Part shown: positions 1-7,965 of the stretch, one piece after another
How the letters are laid out: the number at the start of each line of letters is the position of its first letter
Position numbering within the stretch: position 1 is the stretch's first letter
Assembly: GCA_964593825.1 (NCBI GenBank)
Contig: CAZQII010000004.1
Coordinates: 1-45,455, forward strand
DNA: 45,455 nucleotides
Direction of reading: 5' to 3'
DNA from: an uncultured Ruminococcus sp.
GTDB taxonomy: Bacteria > Bacillota > Clostridia > Oscillospirales > CAG-272
The notes under the pieces: generated by a model
Databases searched by the model: none
Told to the model about the DNA's origin: nothing
The model's input: only the letters and a program-made list of their open reading frames with translations
Made by a program: the position numbers and the translations under genes

Positions 1-564
1 CGTTGAGTGGAGGTGCGGACCGGAGCAGAGGTCGGTATACTCGCCCTGACGGTATATCGAGATCTCCTCGCCGTCGGCAAGCTCGTTAATCCTCTCCACC
101 TTGTAGGGCTCGTCGAGCTCTGTCATGAGCTTTATCGCTTCATCCTTGCCGAGGACGGTGCGCTCGATGACGAGGTTCTCCTTGACTATCTTCTTCATCT
201 CGGCCTCGATGCTCTTCAGTATATCGGGCGTAAAGGAAACGGGAGCGTCAAAATCCTGGAAATATCCCGTGTCCGTCGCAGGGCCTATTGTCTGCTTCGT
301 CTCAGGGTAGAGTCTTTTGACCGCCTGCGCCATGATGTGCGCCGCGGTGTGACGGAAGATGCGCTTTCCTTCCTCGTCCTTGAAGGTTAGAAGGCGTACG
401 CTCGCCTCACCGTCGATAACCGCGGAAAGCTCCTTTGCCGTTCCGTCAACGCTTGCCGCAAGCACCTCGCGCGATGCGAGGCCGAGCTCACGTGCCGCCT
501 CGTATACGGAGACCGGAGCGTCCGAAGTGAAGATTTCTCCGCTTGAAAAAATGATTTTTGCCAT
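1..564 (-). CDS. thrS: Threonyl-tRNA synthetase, N-terminal part (runs off the window start)
   Basis: Not in the ORF track. Translated by hand from ATG at 564 (RBS AAGGAG): MAKIIFSSGE...RHTAAHIMAQAVKRLYP..TIGP...DLCSGPH, the ThrRS editing-domain motifs. A Thr T-box lies upstream. Confidence 0.96.
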   Translation of the reverse strand, partial: MAKIIFSSGEIFTSDAPVSVYEAARELGLASREVLAASVDGTAKELSAVIDGEASVRLLTFKDEEGKRIFRHTAAHIMAQAVKRLYPETKQTIGPATDTGYFQDFDAPVSFTPDILKSIEAEMKKIVKENLVIERTVLGKDEAIKLMTELDEPYKVERINELADGEEISIYRQGEYTDLCSGPHLHST

Positions 565-596
565 TTTTATATTCTCCTTATCATGTAATTACAAAT

Positions 597-812
597 AAAA
601 AAACACTCCAAAGTCGGCATTTCGAAAAATGCTGCCTTCGGGGTGAGGACTGAATGTGTCCCGCACGGTTCCACCCGAGCGTTTAACTCATTTATTTAAT
701 TCGGCTGTCTTAAAAAAACAGAGCATGGGCGGTACTCGGTGGGGCATATCATCCGCATTCTCAGCTACCTGCGGCTCTCTGTCACGACTGCTTCCCAAGG
801 AGCGTGTTCCAA
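597..812 (-). ncRNA. T-box riboswitch, Thr specifier (ACC)
   Basis: On the minus strand: stem I with AGAGA and GCTGAGA motifs, specifier ACC (731-733), T-box GGGTGGAACCGTG (664-676), then a terminator hairpin with U-tract (~597-645) before thrS. Confidence 0.92.
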
Positions 813-819
813 TACTGAA

Positions 820-848
820 ATGATATCATAAAAACGACGCTTTGTCAA
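820..848 (-). promoter_or_regulatory. Sigma-A promoter for the thrS leader
   Basis: TTGACA-17 nt-TATCAT with an extended -10 TG. Confidence 0.8.
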
Positions 849-970
849 GCCTTTTTTCCTAAAAAACATAAAATAGTCGAAATAAAGCTTTGGAGAAGCT
901 TCCTAATAAAAGGGAAGTGCGCTTGTGTGAGAATTTTGTGAAAAAGCAACCGTAAACGCATATAATTCTA

Positions 971-999
971 TTGAAAAATCAAAGATAATGTGATATAAT
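971..999 (+). promoter_or_regulatory. Sigma-A promoter
   Basis: TTGAAA-17 nt-TATAAT with TGn extension. Confidence 0.7.
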
Positions 1000-1085
1000 T
1001 CAAGTAACAGCTTGCCGCAGAGTCGCTTTTAAAGATGCAATGCGACAACAACGATTTTCACAAATTCAAGCAACAGGAGATATCT

Positions 1086-3203
1086 ATGTTACCCGAAATC
1101 AGAAATGTAAAGCCGCTGATGTATTTTACACCTCAAAAATGGCAGACCGTTTTGCTCAGAAATTACGGACTCGTTCCGACGGAGCGGATCGCATCCGTGC
1201 TTGGCACCGATGAGCAAACGATCCTGAGTGAGGCGGCGCGCCTCGGTATAGACAGGATCCCGTTCGAGCCGAAATGGCAGAAATACGGTTATATAAGCAT
1301 AATTAAAAACAATTGGCATCTGGTCCCGTACGCTCAGCTTCTGGAGCTTATCGACATGGATGAAAAAACGCTTGATTATAATTTAAAAGAAGATGATTTT
1401 CTTTTTGTAAAACTCGGCATGTTTAAGTCCTATTGCGAGGAGGTCAAGTATTCTCCTCTGTCAAAGGAGGATATCAAAAGGACGGAAAAAGCGGCGGAGC
1501 TCTTAAAGTCGGAGTTTATAGATAATTATGCCGCGCCGTTTGATTTTTATTCGACGGGAGCATGCTCCTTGAAGAAAAGCTCCGCCGCGGACAGCGAATT
1601 TGATAAGATCGTGTACAGCTATTCGATGCTTTACGGTGACACGTTTGCGCAGAGCGAGCAGATCGTCTCCGACGAAATGCTTCGTGATCTGCAGGAGGTG
1701 GGCGTTAACGGCATTTGGATGCAGGGCGTGCTCTCTAAGCTGTCTCCTTATCCGTTCGTAAAGGGGCTTGACGAGGGATATGAGCTCCGCCGCCGGAATC
1801 TGAACGCACTTATCAGCAAATGTAAGAAATACGGCATAGGCGTATACCTCTATTTTAATGAGCCGAGAGGTGTTGCCGACGATCAGCTGACTCCCGTGAC
1901 GGAGGAGCTGAAGGGCAGATTCTTCGAGGGATCTTGGAGCCTTTGCACTGAGACGGCGGCTGTTAAGGAATATCTTTACGGTGCAGTAAAGGATCTTGTG
2001 ACAGCGGTGCCCGAGCTCGCGGGAATCATCACCATCACAATGTCGGAGAATATGACGAATTGTCACTCCCGTTTGGATAATCCGTGTCCGCGCTGCAGGC
2101 ATCTGAAGCATCAGGATGTCGTTCCCGAGATAAATAACATAATTCAGCGCGCGGTTGATGATGCAGGTGTAAAAACGAGAGTTCTGGCAAATCTTTGGTC
2201 ATGGACGGAGCCGTACGGATGGTCGCCCGATGATGTTAAAGAGGGCATTGCCAATATGGATAAAAAGATAGACATCCTGTCCGTCAGCGAGATGGGGCAT
2301 ATAACGGCAAACGGGAAAAGAACGGAGGTCGAAGAATACGCGATAAGCAAGGTCGGCCCGTGCGAGGAGACTGTTGAAAATCTTACATATGCGAAGAGCC
2401 TCGGACATAAGATAATGGCAAAGGTGCAGATAAACAACAGCTGGGAAATGGCAGTCGTTCCTTATATTCCCGTGTTCGATCTTATAATAGAGCATATGCA
2501 AAATCTTAAGGAGCTCGGCGTCGGGGGACTGATGATGTCGTGGACGCTCGGCGGATATCCCACGGTATCTTTGGATCTCGTAAACAGTATATTCTCCGGC
2601 GGCTTTGATTACGATGAATGGCTGCACGGGCATTTTGCCGAAAATGCGGACCTTGTTAAAAGGGCGGTGAAAATGTTTTCCGACGGATTCAGATATTATC
2701 CCCATGTGATCGGAACGCTGTATTTCGGAGCGCAGGAGCTCGGACCGTCAAATTTGCTGTATCCCGAGGATACTGGGTATTCGGCGACTATGGCGACATT
2801 TGCCTTTGACGATTACAAAACATGGCGCGGAAGGTATTCCGACGAAGAATATCTCGGTCTTTTGGACAAGCTCCTTGAGAGCTGGAATGGCGGCCTCGGA
2901 CTTCTCGACGGAGTTCTCGGCAATTCCGCATTCAATGAGCTGAAGCGCTTCGCCGAGGTTGTATTCGTAAATATAAAGAGCATGAGTGTGCAGTATAAAT
3001 TCAATGCCGCGAGGGGAAAAGCATCCAAGGATGTCCTTGCGGGTTATCTTGCCGAGGAGCGTGATCTTGCAAGGCGGCTTTACCGTCTCGCATCGGAGGA
3101 TTGCCGCATAGGATACGAGGCAAGCAATCATTACTATTTTACGCAGAACAGCTTTTTGGAGAAGCTTATCAACATTGAATATCTGACAGAGGAGCTTAAG
3201 TAA
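1086..3203 (+). CDS. Uncharacterised ~705-aa protein, probable glycoside-hydrolase-like TIM barrel
   Basis: Long ORF. ATG 1086 is preferred over 1035 because AGGAG precedes it. Segments GVNGIWMQG, YGIGVYLYFNEP and SLCTE resemble GH-type (beta/alpha)8 barrels. No signal peptide is evident. Confidence 0.6.
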   Translation: MLPEIRNVKPLMYFTPQKWQTVLLRNYGLVPTERIASVLGTDEQTILSEAARLGIDRIPFEPKWQKYGYISIIKNNWHLVPYAQLLELIDMDEKTLDYNLKEDDFLFVKLGMFKSYCEEVKYSPLSKEDIKRTEKAAELLKSEFIDNYAAPFDFYSTGACSLKKSSAADSEFDKIVYSYSMLYGDTFAQSEQIVSDEMLRDLQEVGVNGIWMQGVLSKLSPYPFVKGLDEGYELRRRNLNALISKCKKYGIGVYLYFNEPRGVADDQLTPVTEELKGRFFEGSWSLCTETAAVKEYLYGAVKDLVTAVPELAGIITITMSENMTNCHSRLDNPCPRCRHLKHQDVVPEINNIIQRAVDDAGVKTRVLANLWSWTEPYGWSPDDVKEGIANMDKKIDILSVSEMGHITANGKRTEVEEYAISKVGPCEETVENLTYAKSLGHKIMAKVQINNSWEMAVVPYIPVFDLIIEHMQNLKELGVGGLMMSWTLGGYPTVSLDLVNSIFSGGFDYDEWLHGHFAENADLVKRAVKMFSDGFRYYPHVIGTLYFGAQELGPSNLLYPEDTGYSATMATFAFDDYKTWRGRYSDEEYLGLLDKLLESWNGGLGLLDGVLGNSAFNELKRFAEVVFVNIKSMSVQYKFNAARGKASKDVLAGYLAEERDLARRLYRLASEDCRIGYEASNHYYFTQNSFLEKLINIEYLTEELK

Positions 3204-3382
3204 ACGGTACCGCTGCTTCTTAAGCTGCGGTAAACACTGTCGGCACGGAAAATCGGGCGGCGGATCTTACGCCATCGTGGGCTGATGAGTGCAAAAAACG
3301 AAGACTCCGCCCGCTTCGAGTCGCTTTTGTATGCCTACGTAAAAAAATATTTAAATTTCGGGCAAAAAAACGCGTTTTTCGG

Positions 3383-3411
3383 TTGACATTTTCTTTCGGA
3401 AATGATAAAAT
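3383..3411 (+). promoter_or_regulatory. Sigma-A promoter of the HPr-like gene
   Basis: TTGACA-17 nt-TAAAAT with TGn extension. Confidence 0.75.
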
Positions 3412-3462
3412 AAATAAAAAAGAAACCGAAGAGAAAACAACCAAAACAAAAGGAGAAAAAAT

Positions 3463-3693
3463 ATGAAAGAAACAAAGATTATGCTGAGCAACGTCCAAGA
3501 CATCAGGGACTTCGTTAAAATTGTGATAATGACCGATTACGAGGTCGACCTCGTTCAGGGCAGATATGTCATAGATGCAAAATCGATAATGGGCATCTTC
3601 TCGCTCGATCTTCTCTCTCCGATCACGCTCGTCGCACATACCGATTTTGCCGACGCGCTTTTCGAGAAGATAGATAAATATTTGGTAAAATAA
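3463..3693 (+). CDS. HPr-family protein lacking His15 (Crh-like)
   Basis: 76 aa. The Ser46 motif DAKSIMGI is present and the GLHARP motif is absent. RBS AAAGGAG. Confidence 0.88.
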   Translation: MKETKIMLSNVQDIRDFVKIVIMTDYEVDLVQGRYVIDAKSIMGIFSLDLLSPITLVAHTDFADALFEKIDKYLVK

Positions 3694-3700
3694 TTTGCCG

Positions 3701-3750
3701 AAATAAAGACGGTGAGCCACGGGTAAAAACAGGCTCACCGTCTTTTTATT
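3701..3750. terminator. Bidirectional intrinsic terminator
   Basis: AAAGACGGTGAGCC...GGCTCACCGTCTTT between the convergent HPr-like gene and rsmI. Confidence 0.85.
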
Positions 3751-4613
3751 TACTTCAAAAGCTTGTTGTAAAGCTCCGATTTGGACATTCCGCGGTCCTT
3801 TGCCGCCGCCTTTATGGCGTCCATGCGCTTCATGCCGGAATCAACATAGTGGGAAACATGCTCCTCCTCGGAGAGGGAGAGAAGGGGATTGCTTGACCGT
3901 GCGGTGTCTTTATCCGCGCCGTCGACGATGATGACGTATTCTCCGCGCGGCTCATGCTCGGAATAGAACGCCACCGCCTCGCCTATCGAAGAGCGTATGA
4001 CCTCTTCGTTCAGCTTGGTTAATTCGCGGCAGAGTGCGATCTTGCGCTCACTGCCGAACGCCTCGGCCATATCGTCGAGCAGAGCCCTAAGCTTGTGCGG
4101 CGCCTCATAGAGGATCAGTGTGCGCTCCTCGTCCGCCAGCTGTGCGAGTCTTGCACGGCGTTCGTTTTTGTTTGCGGAGGAGAATCCCTCGAAAACGAAT
4201 TTGCCGGTCGGAAGCCCCGAAACGGCCAGCGCGCTCACTGCCGCGCATGCCCCTGGAACGACAGAGACCTTGATTCCCGCCTCGGCGCACATTTTTACGA
4301 TATCCTCGCCGGGGTCGCTAATTGCCGGCATGCCCGCATCGGTGACGAGCGCGCAGGATTCACCTGACAGAAGGCGGGACACTATGCGCTCTCCGCTCGC
4401 CTTTTTATTGTGCTCGAAGTAGCTCACCAGCTCCTTATGTATTCCCAAGCACATGAGCAACTTCGCGGAATTTCTCGTATCCTCCGCGGCGATGAAGTCG
4501 ACCTCCGCCAGCACTTTTTTTGCCCTGTCCGAAATGTCCGCGAGGTTGCCGATTGGAGTACCGACAAGGTAAATTACGCCGCCCTCGACCCTGTTCTTTT
4601 CATTTTCCGTCAT
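3750..4613 (-). CDS. rsmI: 16S rRNA C1402 2'-O-methyltransferase
   Basis: Motifs YLVGTPIGNL.DIS.RA, AAEDTR, DAGMPAISDPG, YEAPH, RELTK and PRGEY. Confidence 0.95.
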   Translation of the reverse strand: MTENEKNRVEGGVIYLVGTPIGNLADISDRAKKVLAEVDFIAAEDTRNSAKLLMCLGIHKELVSYFEHNKKASGERIVSRLLSGESCALVTDAGMPAISDPGEDIVKMCAEAGIKVSVVPGACAAVSALAVSGLPTGKFVFEGFSSANKNERRARLAQLADEERTLILYEAPHKLRALLDDMAEAFGSERKIALCRELTKLNEEVIRSSIGEAVAFYSEHEPRGEYVIIVDGADKDTARSSNPLLSLSEEEHVSHYVDSGMKRMDAIKAAAKDRGMSKSELYNKLLK

Positions 4614-5406
4614 TTTTCCGTCCTTTGCTTACGCTAAAAAAATCATTCGGAAAGCTTCCGCTGTCCGTTATATATCGCATATCGTCGCTCTCGACCGTAT
4701 GCTCGGCGTCGCCGTATATTATGAGCGGTCTTGTTACGTATGCGCCCTCCTTGCCGCCGCGGCGTCCCTCGACTAAGACTATCGACGGTTCGCTGCGCAC
4801 ATCCGCATGCACGAGGGTAATGCGCTTCGGCTCTATCCCAGCGGCCTTCATTGCCGCGATGAGATCGGCGAGCCGCGTCGGTCTGTAAACGGCATAAAAG
4901 CTTCCGCCGTATTTTAAATGCTTTTTAGCCGCCGCACAGAAATCGTATATTCCGCCGTTCATCTCGTGGCGCGCGGTGTTTTTTGTCTCGCTTCTGTTGC
5001 TTTTTCCGCTCGCGGCGGTCATGTACGGCGGATTTGTGAAGACCGCGTCGTATTGCTCGGTGACCTTGATGTGCCGCACGTCGCCGTGAATGACGCTCAG
5101 CCTTTTTTCAAGTCCGTTTATTTCGGCATTGCGTGCGATTATGTCGGTGTAGATCTCCTGTATCTCACAGCAGTCGACCGCCTCGAATTTCTCACGTGTG
5201 AGGCAGAGCAGGGAGATTATACCCGTTCCGCCGCCTATTTCAAGCGCCTTGCCGCGCGTTTTTTTTATATATCCCGCCAAGAGGAGCGCGTCCGTCCCGA
5301 AGGTCAGCCCGTCCGTCCTTTGTATCAGCTCGATCCCGTCGTTTACTCTGTCGATGCGCTCGTCGGTATTTAATCTCGGATCCTTATCCGTGGCGTTTGT
5401 TGTCAT
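4600..5406 (-). CDS. tRNA1(Val) A37 N6-methyltransferase (YabB/TrmM-like)
   Basis: FGTDALLLA, SAM-binding EIGGGTG, NPPY and ARHE motifs. Overlaps rsmI as in the conserved yabB-yabC order. Confidence 0.85.
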   Translation of the reverse strand: MTTNATDKDPRLNTDERIDRVNDGIELIQRTDGLTFGTDALLLAGYIKKTRGKALEIGGGTGIISLLCLTREKFEAVDCCEIQEIYTDIIARNAEINGLEKRLSVIHGDVRHIKVTEQYDAVFTNPPYMTAASGKSNRSETKNTARHEMNGGIYDFCAAAKKHLKYGGSFYAVYRPTRLADLIAAMKAAGIEPKRITLVHADVRSEPSIVLVEGRRGGKEGAYVTRPLIIYGDAEHTVESDDMRYITDSGSFPNDFFSVSKGRKNDGK

Positions 5407-5439
5407 ATGCTGTTTCTCTCCGATGGCCTTTGATTATAG

Positions 5440-5468
5440 AAAAGGCGGAGTCCTGTGCTCCGCCTTTT
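5440..5468. terminator. Intrinsic terminator after the ferredoxin gene
   Basis: AAAAGGCGGAG-7 nt-CTCCGCCTTTT. Confidence 0.8.
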
Positions 5469-5500
5469 CAAAATGTATACCGGTATCTGGTTTTGCTTTA

Positions 5501-5671
5501 TTATTCCTCGGCGGGAGCTGCAACGGGGCATGTATCTGCGCATGTTCCGCAGCTTACGCATTCGTCAGCATTAATAACGTACTTGCCGTCACCCTCAGAT
5601 ATGCAACCGGTCGGGCACGCATCAGCGCAAGCGCCGCATGCAATGCAATCATCGGAAATCTTGTATGCCAT
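5501..5671 (-). CDS. 2[4Fe-4S] clostridial-type ferredoxin (56 aa)
   Basis: Missing from the ORF track. Hand translation: MAYKISDDCIACGACADACPTGCISEGDGKYVINADECVSCGTCADTCPVAAPAEE, with two CxxCxxCxxxCP motifs. RBS AGGAGG. Confidence 0.96.
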   Translation of the reverse strand: MAYKISDDCIACGACADACPTGCISEGDGKYVINADECVSCGTCADTCPVAAPAEE

Positions 5672-5708
5672 ATTTAAGTACCTCCTAAAAACAGTATTTC
5701 CGCATACT

Positions 5709-5736
5709 ATTGTAACACAATTTACAAAAAAATCAA
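5709..5736 (-). promoter_or_regulatory. Probable promoter of the ferredoxin gene
   Basis: TTGATT-16 nt-TACAAT with TGn extension. Confidence 0.55.
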
Positions 5737-5801
5737 GACTATTTTCGAAAAAAGTGAAAAAATTATTGATCGTCCGGGCAATATCGGCGGTCGACGGTGC
5801 T

Positions 5802-6701
5802 TTATGCCTCCGTTCCCTCGGTCTCGCCGCCCTTGTTCTTCGCCGATCTCAAGACCTTTACCTCACTTGCCTTGTAGATCTTAATCGCGTCCTTCTCCTT
5901 GTCGTTGATCTTGACCTTCAGCTCCTCCGCGAGCGGACGCACCTCGGTGACGACGCCGTCGCCGTCTGGAGTCCTGACGAGTGAGCCGTGCGCGGGAAGG
6001 CGACCGAGCGCCTCCTCGTATGTTTCGTGCTCGTATCTCAGGCAGCACATGAGTCTGCCGCATGCGCCGGAGCTCTTTGCGGAATTCAGCGCGAAGTTTT
6101 GCTCCCTCGCCATTTTGATCGAGACCTGAACAAAATCGGAGAGAAATCCGGCGCAGCAATATTTACGTCCGCAAATGCCGAGTCCGCCCATCATCTTTGC
6201 CTCGTCGCGTATTCCGATCTGACGGAGCTCGATCCTTGTGCGGAATGTGGATGCCAGATCCTTAACAAGCTCTCTGAAGTCCACTCTCGATTCGCATGTG
6301 AAATAAAATATAAGCTTTGAATTGTCAAATGTGTATTCGGCGGAAACAAGGTTCATCCCGAGCTTATGTGCTGCGATCTTTTTCTTGCAGACGATCGCCG
6401 CATCGAGCTCCATCTCTCGGTTCCTCGCATCCTTTTCGAAATCGCTGTCGGTTGCGATGCGCTTAATGCTCTTAAGCGGCGAAACGATCTCGCTCTTTGC
6501 CACGGTCTTGTTCGCGAGCTTGATGATGCCGAGCTCCGTTCCTCTCGCCGTCTCGACGATGACCCCCTGTCCGAGGCTCAGTTTAAGCGCCCCGGGAGAA
6601 AAATAATATATCTTTCCCGCTTCTCTGAAGCTGACGCCGACGATCTCCACCGTTTCGGCGGTTATGCTGATTTCTTCTTTTATGTTGCTTTCGTTTTCCA
6701 T
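5802..6701 (-). CDS. ricT: PSP1-domain protein RicT/YaaT
   Basis: VDFRELVKDLA, RIELRQIG.RDEAK, GICGR..CC and SGACGRLMCCLRYE. Lies downstream of holB. Confidence 0.92.
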   Translation of the reverse strand: MENESNIKEEISITAETVEIVGVSFREAGKIYYFSPGALKLSLGQGVIVETARGTELGIIKLANKTVAKSEIVSPLKSIKRIATDSDFEKDARNREMELDAAIVCKKKIAAHKLGMNLVSAEYTFDNSKLIFYFTCESRVDFRELVKDLASTFRTRIELRQIGIRDEAKMMGGLGICGRKYCCAGFLSDFVQVSIKMAREQNFALNSAKSSGACGRLMCCLRYEHETYEEALGRLPAHGSLVRTPDGDGVVTEVRPLAEELKVKINDKEKDAIKIYKASEVKVLRSAKNKGGETEGTEA

Positions 6702-6722
6702 TTTTTTGCTCTTTCTTGTAGT

Positions 6723-7769
6723 TTAAAACAGTTTGATTCTTGCGGCGAGGCTTGAGATGACCGATGCCGTCATCGCATTTTGCGTCAGATATTCGTGCGC
6801 CTCGTTCAGTGCGCCGTAAATTTTGAACAGCCTCATGCGCGAGATCGGACGTGCGGCGTTTTCTGCATCCTCTGCGGTTTCGAAAAACAGCGTCGGCGCT
6901 TCGCCTTGCGCGTGCTTGACCTTTATCATATCCGACACCGCCGAGATCATTTCCTCGACCGATGAGATGAGCTCCGCTCTCCCCGTCGGCATATCTGACA
7001 GGGCGGAGTAAATATCTGCGAACGACGCCCGCACGTCAAGCGCCGAAACGAATTTCATCACGGCGGCGTGCCGCTCCTCGGCCTCCTCTGCCGATTTCGG
7101 GTCCAAAAGCGCCAGCGCTCTGCCGATGCAGCCGTCCGCTCTTGTAAGAACCGCGCAGAGCCGCTCGTGTGAGATCCTTGCGGGGCTTATCGCATCCGGC
7201 ACCGTCCTTTTCAGATAGGTCTCGAGCTCCTCGCGCGTGAATTTCTGCATTGCAACGTACTGCGCCCTGCTTTTTATAGTGGTCAGTATCTTGTCCGACG
7301 ATGAGGAGAGCAGAAAGATGATCACCCGCGGCGGCGGCTCCTCCATAACGGTCAGAAGCGCGTTCTGCGCCTGCGGTGTCAGAAGATGTGCGTCCTCGAT
7401 GATGTATATCTTAAAATCGGATTCCGATGCGGTCAAAAACATGTCGGATTTAAAATCCTTAACCGTATCGACGCCTATCGTCGCTCTGTCGCTCGGCTTG
7501 CAAAGAACCTTTATATCCGTGTAGCTTCCGCTGAAAATTCTCCTGCAGGTATTACATCTGCGGCAGGGAAAGGGCAGGATGCCCGAGCCACCGTTTTCGC
7601 AGTTCAGCGCCGCGGCGATCTCGTATGCGAGCGTTTTCTTGCCCGAGCCCGGCGGGCCGTCGAGCAAAAATGCGTGCGGCAGGGTATTCGATCTTATCGC
7701 GGAGGCAAAGCGCATCTTCGCGCTGTCATTGCCGAAAACACCGGCGAAAACGTCACCCACGGCATGCAT
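6723..7769 (-). CDS. holB: DNA polymerase III delta' subunit
   Basis: HAFLLDGPPGSGKKT, Zn-binding C..CxxCxxC, AQNALL..EEPP and TIKSR. Confidence 0.9.
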   Translation of the reverse strand: MHAVGDVFAGVFGNDSAKMRFASAIRSNTLPHAFLLDGPPGSGKKTLAYEIAAALNCENGGSGILPFPCRRCNTCRRIFSGSYTDIKVLCKPSDRATIGVDTVKDFKSDMFLTASESDFKIYIIEDAHLLTPQAQNALLTVMEEPPPRVIIFLLSSSSDKILTTIKSRAQYVAMQKFTREELETYLKRTVPDAISPARISHERLCAVLTRADGCIGRALALLDPKSAEEAEERHAAVMKFVSALDVRASFADIYSALSDMPTGRAELISSVEEMISAVSDMIKVKHAQGEAPTLFFETAEDAENAARPISRMRLFKIYGALNEAHEYLTQNAMTASVISSLAARIKLF

Positions 7770-7799
7770 CCCCCTTCAAAAAACTTAAATCCACTATAT

Positions 7800-7906
7800 A
7801 TTTTATCATTAAAATCGGAAAAAGTCAACAAATAAACAAAATAAAAGGGAAAACTTGAAAAACCGACGCAAAAGTCATTGTATTTTTTAAAATTATGTGG
7901 TATAAT
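7800..7906. promoter_or_regulatory. Divergent sigma-A promoters for holB and metG
   Basis: Minus strand: TTGACT-17-TAAAAT (7828-7800). Plus strand: TTGTAT-17-TATAAT (7878-7906). Confidence 0.7.
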
Positions 7907-7965
7907 TAGAAAAACAATTTTTCTCGGGTTTCATTAGCCGCGGGAGGAGTGAGGAGATTTTAAGC

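Noticed and set aside
1000-1085. Possible riboswitch in the leader of the 705-aa gene (GTCGC/GCGAC and GCTTG/CAAGC pairings)
   Set aside because: Only 5-bp stems, no recognisable aptamer consensus, and no terminator.
3270-3330. Hammerhead-ribozyme-like string CTGATGAG...CGAAGACTC...GAGTC
   Set aside because: The core reads GAAG rather than GAAA, stem II is only 2 bp, and stem I cannot form after the would-be cleavage site. An Infernal/Rfam scan would settle it.
5397-5984. 195-aa and 159-aa plus-strand ORFs over the ferredoxin region
   Set aside because: They overlap the clear minus-strand ferredoxin, trmM and ricT genes and are spurious.
7907-7965. T-box or S-box expected before metG
   Set aside because: The leader is only ~55 nt after the promoter and has no T-box or SAM motif.
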